Source: Victivallaceae bacterium
GTDB taxonomy: Bacteria > Verrucomicrobiota > Lentisphaeria > Victivallales > Victivallaceae
Direction: 5' to 3'
Length of the DNA stretch: 64,000 bases
Assembly: GCA_031548025.1 (NCBI GenBank)
Contig: JAVBRM010000023.1
Coordinates: forward strand, 70,362 to 134,361
A model generated the notes under the pieces. It worked only from the letters and a program-made list of their open reading frames with translations, did not search any database and was not told the DNA's origin. Positions 44,017 to 51,509 of this stretch are shown here, piece by piece. Both the position numbers and the translations under genes were made by a program. How positions within the stretch are numbered: position 1 is the stretch's first letter; each line of letters opens with the position of its first letter.

Positions 44017-44796
44017 TCAAGCAAATTGTTTTGCCGCGCCGGTAAGTGCCGCTTGTTCGCCTTGCGCCGATTGCCGGACAGGAAGTCCTTTCAGCGGGTC
44101 TTTGAAAAGTTCAAAATCTTTGGAAATTTGCCCGCCGAGAGCGATCTCTTCGAGTTGAAATCTTTCACACCATGGGGTCAGAATTTCAGCAAGAACTTCA
44201 CCAAAGTTTTGCCAGGCCTGCTTCGCGGCGGAATCCCCGGAACGGGCCGCTTCCGCCAGGTCCTTATTGTATCGTGAAAGCTGAAGCGCTTTCTCCACGG
44301 TCGTGCCCCTGAAAGTCTTGCTCCATAAGCTGACCTCATCAGCCGGTGAACCGAGTTTGTTTGTCAACAATTTGCCATCCACAATGACGGCAGCGCCAAG
44401 GCCGGTGCCAAGGGTGATTCCTCCTATTCGGGATTGCCCGCCCCATTCGCCAAGCAGAAAGGCGTTTGCATCATGAAGAAAACGGACCGGAATGTCCGGC
44501 AAAAATTCCAGCAGGGAACGCTCTTTGATCGCGCCGAATTTATGCTCCATCAGACTGATGCCGTTCCGGTAATCGAACGGGCCCGGAATTGCAACTCCGA
44601 TACGGTCGATTCTCCCCGCCGCGCTCACCGCTGTCCGCAAAGCAACGGCTATTTCCTCTGCATTTCCGCCGGAATGGCTCGGAATTTGCGGCAAAACCTG
44701 AAGCAGTTTTCCATCTTGAAAAAGTGCTGATTTGATAAAGGTTCCACCGATATCCAATGCCAATATCACTTGAGCATTGTCTTGGTTATTTTGCAT
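44017..44796 (-). CDS. ROK-family / ASKHA-fold sugar kinase
   Basis: VILALDIGGTFIKSALF is the phosphate-1 motif, with a later IGGITLGTGLGAAVI segment. A GTG at 44769 forming a GTGA overlap with the upstream stop is a plausible alternative start. No ROK Zn-Cys motif is present, so the subfamily is uncertain. Confidence 0.7.
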   Translation of the reverse strand: MQNNQDNAQVILALDIGGTFIKSALFQDGKLLQVLPQIPSHSGGNAEEIAVALRTAVSAAGRIDRIGVAIPGPFDYRNGISLMEHKFGAIKERSLLEFLPDIPVRFLHDANAFLLGEWGGQSRIGGITLGTGLGAAVIVDGKLLTNKLGSPADEVSLWSKTFRGTTVEKALQLSRYNKDLAEAARSGDSAAKQAWQNFGEVLAEILTPWCERFQLEEIALGGQISKDFELFKDPLKGLPVRQSAQGEQAALTGAAKQFA

Positions 44797-46556
44797 GGTG
44801 TATTACCCAGATTCAGAATTTCATATTCTCCCAGCGAAGCCGGGATCACTACCATATCCATATATTTCTGATGATAGAAGCGGGCCGGGTCGTTCTTTGA
44901 ACAAACCAATACCTCATCTCCCTCGACCAGGACTAATACATGAAACCGGCCTTTCGTATCATCCGAAATGCTCCGGTCAAAAGAGAGGCGGCGAAGACTG
45001 AAGTAAATGAGTTCGTGTTCTCCGACAATCTCTTCCTTCCAATTCTCGCCCTCACGAACAATTATTGGCTGCGGGCGCAAAATGCCATCCACCGTACTTC
45101 GGCGCCGCTCGGTTACCAATACATTCTTGCCATGGATTGAATGGATTGGGCGGGGAATGCCTTCAAGGTCGCTCCGCAAATAATCATAGAGCTTGAAAGT
45201 ATAGCTGCCGATGGTATAGCTGCCGATTTCCAGCACTACCTGATTACGGCCTGAGGCGTGGATGGTTCCGCCGGGCAACAGATACTGATCGCCTTGTTCG
45301 CTCGGAAAAGAGTTGACATATTTGTCGTGATCAAATGGGACATATTCTTTTTCCGCCCGGTCAATGCACTGAAAAAACTCGTCAACATTGCAATCGTCTT
45401 GAAGCCCGAGGTAAGTTTTCGAACCGGCAGTCTTGACCACATAATAACTTTCATCCTGCTGGAACGGCTCCCCGAAATGTTCATTGTTGTACGCTTGCGG
45501 CGGATGCACCTGGATCGACATATTACCATTGCCGCCGTAAGTGTCGTCGTAATTGAAACGAATTGGAAAAACATAGCCGAAACGATTCACGCTTTCTTCG
45601 CCCATCAATTTCGCAGCTTCAGCTTTGAAGAAGGTGGAAAACGGAAAATTCATCGTGTATTTACCAACTTTAATCTGGAGACTGACTTCGTTCGGAATCA
45701 TGTCAAACACCCATGCGGCATTCCGCATGTCGTCCGGCAAGTTGCGCAGTTTTTTGATGAAATAACCGCCCCATACTCCTTCCAGATAGACAGGCGTACA
45801 ACGGAATGGATATTTTGCCTGAATATCGAAAAGCTCTTTCAATTCATAAAATGGCAGCATTTTGAAGATATGGTCAAGGTTGGCATCAATATAAAAGTCG
45901 ATATTTCCACGATCAATCAGATTCTGCCGGTGCAACATCATAATTTCATAATCGTAATAATAAAGCCGCCGGAAAATATACGGAATGGAACGCTCCTGAA
46001 TATCACCGATGCATTGGACACGGCGTTCCTGTACCCGGGCGGTAACGGTAAGCGGTGTAACATCCATGAATACCGCCAAATCTGCCAGGTCGCGAAAATA
46101 TGAGCACAAGGAACCATGTCCGATAAACAAAACAACTTTGCCGTTCGCTTTCGCAGTTTGCAGTTGCTCCCGTAACCGTGAAACTTTTTTTGCGTCAAAC
46201 AAAGTTTCAATTTCGCGGTGAATGCTCTTGCCGAAAAGCAGAATCGGATCAATTTCGCGATCCATTGGCAACGATTCCGCCAACATCGTTTCAAGTTCAT
46301 CCGAACTTTTATAGGCTTCCTTCGCCTCAATAACCGTAAGCTTACCGTCAGCAACAGAGTTCAGGCGATTGACCATTTCCTGGAAGTTGGCCCCGGTATA
46401 ACCGTCCAGTGCGAGAATACCGGAAAAGCCAGCCAACAGCTTGTCGGCAATAGCCGTATTACCGGCGATGAGTGTTGTCGCCAAGGCAGCGGGCAATTCC
46501 GGGCGGTTAATCGCATTCGGGTCAACATAAGGGAACGGTTTGAACATGAAACTCAT
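44766..46556 (-). CDS. 596-aa protein with type I phosphomannose-isomerase-like cupin domain (putative sugar isomerase)
   Basis: VWGGYFIKKL and NGNMSIQVHPPQ resemble the PMI type I WGG and SIQVHP motifs. The roughly 240-aa N-terminal region is unassigned. The gene is AT-richer than the window average. Confidence 0.6.
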   Translation of the reverse strand: MSFMFKPFPYVDPNAINRPELPAALATTLIAGNTAIADKLLAGFSGILALDGYTGANFQEMVNRLNSVADGKLTVIEAKEAYKSSDELETMLAESLPMDREIDPILLFGKSIHREIETLFDAKKVSRLREQLQTAKANGKVVLFIGHGSLCSYFRDLADLAVFMDVTPLTVTARVQERRVQCIGDIQERSIPYIFRRLYYYDYEIMMLHRQNLIDRGNIDFYIDANLDHIFKMLPFYELKELFDIQAKYPFRCTPVYLEGVWGGYFIKKLRNLPDDMRNAAWVFDMIPNEVSLQIKVGKYTMNFPFSTFFKAEAAKLMGEESVNRFGYVFPIRFNYDDTYGGNGNMSIQVHPPQAYNNEHFGEPFQQDESYYVVKTAGSKTYLGLQDDCNVDEFFQCIDRAEKEYVPFDHDKYVNSFPSEQGDQYLLPGGTIHASGRNQVVLEIGSYTIGSYTFKLYDYLRSDLEGIPRPIHSIHGKNVLVTERRRSTVDGILRPQPIIVREGENWKEEIVGEHELIYFSLRRLSFDRSISDDTKGRFHVLVLVEGDEVLVCSKNDPARFYHQKYMDMVVIPASLGEYEILNLGNTPCKITKTMLK

Positions 46557-46579
46557 AATTGCAATACTCTCGTTTTATT

Positions 46580-47428
46580 TTATTTGCCGTACACCATTTT
46601 ATGAGTACGGATGACGTTTTCTTCTGTCCGCTCCAAGTCGTGAAGCGCCAATTCCAATGAAAGGAAATCCACGACCAACAGTTGCGCCAAACGCGACCCC
46701 ATGGCGCCAAGCCGAAATTGCTGTTCATCGGAGGCGGTCAATAAGGCAATATCGGCCGTCTGCGCGAGGGGCGATTCAGGAAAGTTGGTAATAGCAACAA
46801 CTTTGGCGCCGTGCTTTTTGGCAATCCGGGCGCAAGAACAGATATTTTCGTTTTCACCGCTGAAGGATATGGCAATCATCACATCATCTTTCCGCAGCAA
46901 CCCGCAATGCATTTTGTTCAACTCCGAATCCGCGCTGAAAAACGCATGATACCCTATTCTGAATAATTTTATCTGAAAGTCCTGCGCCACCAATCCGGAA
47001 GCGCCATATCCGAAAAGGGTTATCCGACCGGCATTCTTGATAATCTGAATTGCCTGATTGATTTTTTCCTCATCCAATAATGAAATCGTATCATTGACAA
47101 CACGCAGGTTGTTATTACGAAAATCCTGCCGTAATTGTTCAAAAGTATCAGCTTCGGTCGAATGTATGTAATTTATGCTCATTTTTACCGGAATGAAATC
47201 CGCGGCAATTGCTGCTTTCAATTCAGAAAATCCCTTATAACCGATTTTCTGACAAAAACGAATAATCTGGGCATCGTCACAACCGCAATTGACAGCCAGA
47301 TCATGTACTTTATTTTGCACCACAATCTCCGGATGCGCCAGAATGTGATTCGCAATATTGATATAATTCCCACTGAAACTCGGGAAGAGTTGTTTTATCT
47401 TCAATAAACTGGCTGGAGTAACATGCAT
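46580..47428 (-). CDS. MurR/RpiR-family transcriptional regulator (HTH_6 + SIS)
   Basis: N-terminal HTH ...IANHILAHPEIVVQNKVHDLAVNCGCDDAQIIRFCQKIGYKGFSELK. The SIS domain shows ITLFGYGASGLVAQDFQIKL...AISFSGEN. Confidence 0.88.
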   Translation of the reverse strand: MHVTPASLLKIKQLFPSFSGNYINIANHILAHPEIVVQNKVHDLAVNCGCDDAQIIRFCQKIGYKGFSELKAAIAADFIPVKMSINYIHSTEADTFEQLRQDFRNNNLRVVNDTISLLDEEKINQAIQIIKNAGRITLFGYGASGLVAQDFQIKLFRIGYHAFFSADSELNKMHCGLLRKDDVMIAISFSGENENICSCARIAKKHGAKVVAITNFPESPLAQTADIALLTASDEQQFRLGAMGSRLAQLLVVDFLSLELALHDLERTEENVIRTHKMVYGK

Positions 47429-47509
47429 CTTTCATTTCCAATTTTATCATTTTTATTGACCAATTAATAATACAATAGCAATTAAAATGACAAATTCAAG
47501 AGTTTATTA

Positions 47510-47537
47510 TTGACTTTGTCATATTTATTGCTATTAT
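47510..47537 (+). promoter_or_regulatory. possible promoter of the heparinase II/III-like gene
   Basis: TTGACT (47510-47515), a 16-nt spacer, then TATTAT (47532-47537). TTATTGAC motifs at 47453-47460 and 47507-47514, with inverted copies GTCAATAA 47549-47556 and GACAATAA 47561-47568, surround it. Confidence 0.4.
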
Positions 47538-47590
47538 ATTACATGGCGGTCAATAATTTTGACAATAATCTAAAAAAACAAGGCGATATT

Positions 47591-49495
47591 ATGTTTCATT
47601 GCACAACAATAAACTGGAATTCCGTAAGGTCAAAGGTAAAGAATGAGGCTTGGGCAAAGCATCTCTTTGAAAGCATAAATGCTGATTTTATCGAGACCAT
47701 GCGCATAATTCCCGCCACTCCGTCTCTTGGAGCGTCAAAACACTTTCACGAATACTTTTGCGGCCAATGTGCCGCCCTTCTTACATTCAACCTCGAAAGT
47801 CCTCAGAAGCACGTTTGCCCGAACTGCGGCAAAATCTATACAGGTGAGCCGTATGATGGCGCATGGCGTGATATGATCAACGCAGTGTTTGTCTCGATGC
47901 TAGACCGCGCTGCGATACTTGCAAATACGGTTGAGGATAATACTATTTATATCGATTTTGTGAAAAAAACAATTTTATTTTATGCCGGAAACTACAGAGG
48001 ATGTACCTTGCAGAAGTTACAGGGCAAAATCTTCACATCAGTTTTATCGGAAGCGATTTTTGTGATTGCCATCGAAAGAATATTGCGCATGGTTGCCGGG
48101 TTAAATATTTTCAGCGAACCGGAAATGGATACTATAAAGGAAGATCTCTTTATCCCGGCTGCAGACCTGATAAAACCACAAATTCGAGCAATTCATAATA
48201 TCCATTTGTGGATGCAAGCGGCTGTTGCCGCATCGGCAAGCATCACGGGAGATAAAAAAAGTCTTCACGACAGCATCTATGGTAAATATGGTTTTATGGA
48301 GCAACTGGAGCAAGGCACGCGGGCGGATGGCTTGTGGTATGAAATTTCCCCCTCCTATCATTTCTATACATTGTCCGCCGCTTTATCCATGGCCTGGATA
48401 GCCAAAGAAAATGAGATTGATTTGTTCGCCGTCCCCAAGTTGAAAAAAATGAGTATCGCCCCCGTCAACCTGATGTATAAGGATGGAATGTTTCCGGCTT
48501 ATAATGACGGTTGGTACGGGAAAAACGTATCGGATTACGCCTACCTCTACGAGCAACTCTCGGCTGTATACACTTCGGAGAAAATCTTTCAGCAAATCCT
48601 GGGAATGTGTTACAGAAATACTCCATTGAAAAACAATTACCGGTTTGGCGAATCCCGTTCTCTCCATAGTCTTCCGGAGATGATTATAAACAGCGATACG
48701 GGCTTCAATCGCAATTCTCTCAATGCGCTCTTGTATGGCGTCAATGATATTTCGCCAGAGTCAATGCCTTCGCCGCAAACCCATTTTCTATTCGAGGATT
48801 CGGGTATCGCTATTCTGCAAAATGAGACGCTCAGGGTTTCCTTGAAAGCATCGAGACATGGCGGTGGGCACGACCATCAGGATAAATTGGCAATCGACGT
48901 ATTCGCAGGCGATAAGCTCATCAGTGCGGACATTGGCACCTCAGGCTATGGGAGCCCCCTTACAACCAAATGGAACAGGGCTTCTCTTGCTCACAATTTG
49001 GTTATCCTTAATCAAATGCGGCAGAAACCTTCGGATGCGGAACTTATTTCTTTTGGGAACAATCACGCGGAATACTCTGCTGATAACGCCTATGAGGGAG
49101 CAAAACTTCACAGGCGCATTGAACTGTTCGAAAAAGGATTCCAAGATACCTTTGAAGTGCAATGCGAGGAAAGCAATATCGTTGACTGGGTATTTCATTG
49201 CCGAGGCAAAATCGTCTCTGATCTGAATTTTGAAAATGCCGGTCTCTTTAAAGAGGAAAACGGCTATGACATGCTGACGAATATCAAGTGTTGCAGTACC
49301 GGAAAAGCATGGAATATGACGTGGGAAATCGACGGCAAACTGAAACTTCGCCTAGAGTTTGAAGGCCAAGCCAATACCCAAGTCTACATCGCGGACGGTA
49401 TGGATTACGACCCGCATAACAAACTGCAAATGGTTATTGTCAGGCGAAACACAGGAGAAACCGTGTTTAAAGCGAAATTCGAGGTAATCATTTAA
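47591..49495 (+). CDS. heparinase II/III-family (polysaccharide lyase-like) protein with N-terminal CxxC-x15-CxxC zinc-ribbon-like insert
   Basis: HGGGHDHQDKLAIDVFAGDKLISADIGTSGYGSPLTTKWNRASLAHNLVILN is the heparinase II/III C-domain signature. The Cys motif is CGQCAALLTFNLESPQKHVCPNC. ATG 47591 is used because the track TTG 47510 coincides with the promoter. No signal peptide. Confidence 0.75.
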   Translation: MFHCTTINWNSVRSKVKNEAWAKHLFESINADFIETMRIIPATPSLGASKHFHEYFCGQCAALLTFNLESPQKHVCPNCGKIYTGEPYDGAWRDMINAVFVSMLDRAAILANTVEDNTIYIDFVKKTILFYAGNYRGCTLQKLQGKIFTSVLSEAIFVIAIERILRMVAGLNIFSEPEMDTIKEDLFIPAADLIKPQIRAIHNIHLWMQAAVAASASITGDKKSLHDSIYGKYGFMEQLEQGTRADGLWYEISPSYHFYTLSAALSMAWIAKENEIDLFAVPKLKKMSIAPVNLMYKDGMFPAYNDGWYGKNVSDYAYLYEQLSAVYTSEKIFQQILGMCYRNTPLKNNYRFGESRSLHSLPEMIINSDTGFNRNSLNALLYGVNDISPESMPSPQTHFLFEDSGIAILQNETLRVSLKASRHGGGHDHQDKLAIDVFAGDKLISADIGTSGYGSPLTTKWNRASLAHNLVILNQMRQKPSDAELISFGNNHAEYSADNAYEGAKLHRRIELFEKGFQDTFEVQCEESNIVDWVFHCRGKIVSDLNFENAGLFKEENGYDMLTNIKCCSTGKAWNMTWEIDGKLKLRLEFEGQANTQVYIADGMDYDPHNKLQMVIVRRNTGETVFKAKFEVII

Positions 49496-49557
49496 CATAT
49501 GAAAACGGCAGGGTAGAAAAAGAGAGGCATTTGTAAAACGTCCACAACATTTTCGGA

Positions 49558-50277
49558 TTAATTGCCGTTTACGGTACCACGCCAGAACCAATTGACTTCT
49601 TTGTCGATGTCGGCATTGGCCAGGGCCAGGTTATTCAAGTCCCGCCAGGGCGGCGTCAGAATATCGGTGAACTTGAAATTCGTGACATGCCCATCCAGAA
49701 AAAGCGCGTTGGACGAACGTTCGTGGCGGGCGTGGAAACGTGTCGCAGCAGCAAGCGGCTGCAGCATCATATTGGCGCCGGTGAAAGAAGCAATCCAGTG
49801 TCCGGTGCCATCCGCGGCATACATGGTGGATGATGGCCGCTTGAAAGCCGTCAGGGGCTTAAAAAAGACTGTCTGATAATAACTCAATTCCGCATTATGC
49901 AAATATCCAAAGCCTTTCGATAAAACAAAAGTATCCTCGGGTCTACTGTTGGCGGCAGAACCGTAGACATAACGCGTAGCACCAACCGAGGCAGGTTTGG
50001 GATCACCCGGACAACCATAAATAGCGGCATCGCGATGATATGGATAAAGCATGGCATACCAGTATGGCACACTCGTCCCCTGCTTGTTGCAATAAGCCAG
50101 AAAATCGCTTTGGTACATGACATGGGCCAGGCCGATTTGCTTCTCGTTTCCGGCGCAGGCGGTTCGCCGCCCGGCGGCCCGGGCCCGGCTGAGAGCAGGC
50201 AATAACAGCGCCGCCAGAATCGCAATGATCGCTATAACGATCAGTAACTCTAAAAGTGTGAATTTTCGGCATGCCAT
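49558..50277 (-). CDS. prepilin-type N-terminal cleavage/methylation domain protein, DUF1559 / H-X9-DG family
   Basis: [49 protein letters not shown] at the N-terminus. The C-terminal [13 protein letters not shown] fits H-X9-DG. Confidence 0.9.
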   Translation of the reverse strand: MACRKFTLLELLIVIAIIAILAALLLPALSRARAAGRRTACAGNEKQIGLAHVMYQSDFLAYCNKQGTSVPYWYAMLYPYHRDAAIYGCPGDPKPASVGATRYVYGSAANSRPEDTFVLSKGFGYLHNAELSYYQTVFFKPLTAFKRPSSTMYAADGTGHWIASFTGANMMLQPLAAATRFHARHERSSNALFLDGHVTNFKFTDILTPPWRDLNNLALANADIDKEVNWFWRGTVNGN

Positions 50278-50296
50278 AGGTCACTCCTCCCTGGTT

Positions 50297-51292
50297 TTAC
50301 TTACTTTTTTCGCTGGGCGCCGCCACCGATCCCCGCTCAATCAACTCCGGGAATAACGGCTCGGGACTTGGATAGCACCGTTTTTCAATCCGGTGAATCA
50401 GCATTTCCATCGCCCGCTGTCCCAGCAAACCAAAAGGCGGACGAATTGTGGTCAGCGCCGGATACAAATAAGAAGCATATTCCTTGTCGTCATAACCGCA
50501 GATGGAAATATCTTCCGGAATGCGAAGATTCAACTCTCTGGCCGCCCGGTAACACCCCACCGCCAACACATCCGCCATGGCAAAAATCGCCGTCGGCCGA
50601 TCCGGGCGGCGCAACAATTTCATGGCCCCTTCGTAACCGCAATATTCCCGGTAGAAGCGGACCTTGACCAGCAAAGACGGATCATATTTGATTCCGGCTT
50701 TTTTGAGCTCGCCCCGATAACCGGCCTGCTTGGGGTTTTTATCCGGATCATCCGGCTGCGTTACCGTTATGTGTCCGATACGCCGATGGCCTTTTTCCAG
50801 CAGATGACGCATGATCAGCTCCGCGCCATACAGAACTTCAATGCTGATATCATTTTCACCGGAGTCTTGCGGCATAACTTTATTCAGGTGGATCAACGGA
50901 AAACTCGATTGATTTTTGAGCGGTCCCGACTTGATATCCCAGAAAAAACTGATCACACCCTCCAGCCCGGATTGCCGCAGGTTATTCAGTTCCTCTTCAC
51001 GCGATACAGTCAGCAAATGGTAATTGGCGGCAGCCGCGGTATCGCCGGCCCCTTTCAGAAATTGCGAAAAATGCACATTTCCGAAATCCCTGGCGATGAT
51101 CGCGGTCATATACGTGCGGGCTCCCACCAGGACCCGGGCCGACATATTGGGCATATACTGGTGAGCCTCGGCGCATGTCAATATCTGCTGCTTCAGCTCT
51201 TCCCTGATCTGGCCCGATCCGGAAAGCGCCCGGTGCACGGTCGATTTCGACACACCGATCATTCCGGCCAATTCCGTAATAGTTACCGACAT
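50297..51292 (-). CDS. LacI-family transcriptional regulator
   Basis: MSVTITELAGMIGVSKSTVHRALSGSGQIREELKQQILTCAEAHQYMPNMSARVL is the LacI HTH. ATG 51292 has AAGGA 7 nt upstream; the track start 51316 is a GTG directly abutting the operator. Confidence 0.9.
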   Translation of the reverse strand: MSVTITELAGMIGVSKSTVHRALSGSGQIREELKQQILTCAEAHQYMPNMSARVLVGARTYMTAIIARDFGNVHFSQFLKGAGDTAAAANYHLLTVSREEELNNLRQSGLEGVISFFWDIKSGPLKNQSSFPLIHLNKVMPQDSGENDISIEVLYGAELIMRHLLEKGHRRIGHITVTQPDDPDKNPKQAGYRGELKKAGIKYDPSLLVKVRFYREYCGYEGAMKLLRRPDRPTAIFAMADVLAVGCYRAARELNLRIPEDISICGYDDKEYASYLYPALTTIRPPFGLLGQRAMEMLIHRIEKRCYPSPEPLFPELIERGSVAAPSEKSK

Positions 51293-51319
51293 TATTTCAT
51301 CCTTCATTTTCGACACAAC

Positions 51320-51337
51320 CTGGGAACGTTCCCGGGA
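51320..51337. promoter_or_regulatory. LacI-type operator O1 (CTGGGAACGTTCCCGGGA; 12-bp perfect palindrome GGGAACGTTCCC)
   Basis: It is identical over 18 bp to 51461-51478 and lies between the minus-strand promoter (51349-51377) and the LacI start codon. Confidence 0.7.
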
Positions 51338-51348
51338 TGCATATCATA

Positions 51349-51377
51349 ATTATAACCGAAAACCCGGAATTTGTCAA
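51349..51377 (-). promoter_or_regulatory. sigma70-type promoter, perfect consensus TTGACA-17-TATAAT (LacI / pilin-like operon)
   Basis: The reverse strand reads TTGACA (51377-51372) aattccgggttttcggt TATAAT (51354-51349). Confidence 0.75.
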
Positions 51378-51417
51378 GTATTTTCCGGTAATTTCTTTAA
51401 ATTTTTTAATTACCTTA

Positions 51418-51446
51418 TTGACAAAAGCATGGGATGACGGTATAAT
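51418..51446 (+). promoter_or_regulatory. sigma70-type promoter, perfect consensus TTGACA-17-TATAAT (DUF4838 gene)
   Basis: TTGACA (51418-51423) aaagcatgggatgacgg TATAAT (51441-51446). Confidence 0.75.
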
Positions 51447-51460
51447 CTAATCAAGAAGCA

Positions 51461-51478
51461 CTGGGAACGTTCCCGGGA
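51461..51478. promoter_or_regulatory. LacI-type operator O2 (identical 18-mer CTGGGAACGTTCCCGGGA)
   Basis: It starts 15 nt after the -10 box of the + promoter, at or just after the expected transcription start. Confidence 0.7.
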
Positions 51479-51509
51479 AATATATTTTAATAAGGAGTTA
51501 CGATCAGTT

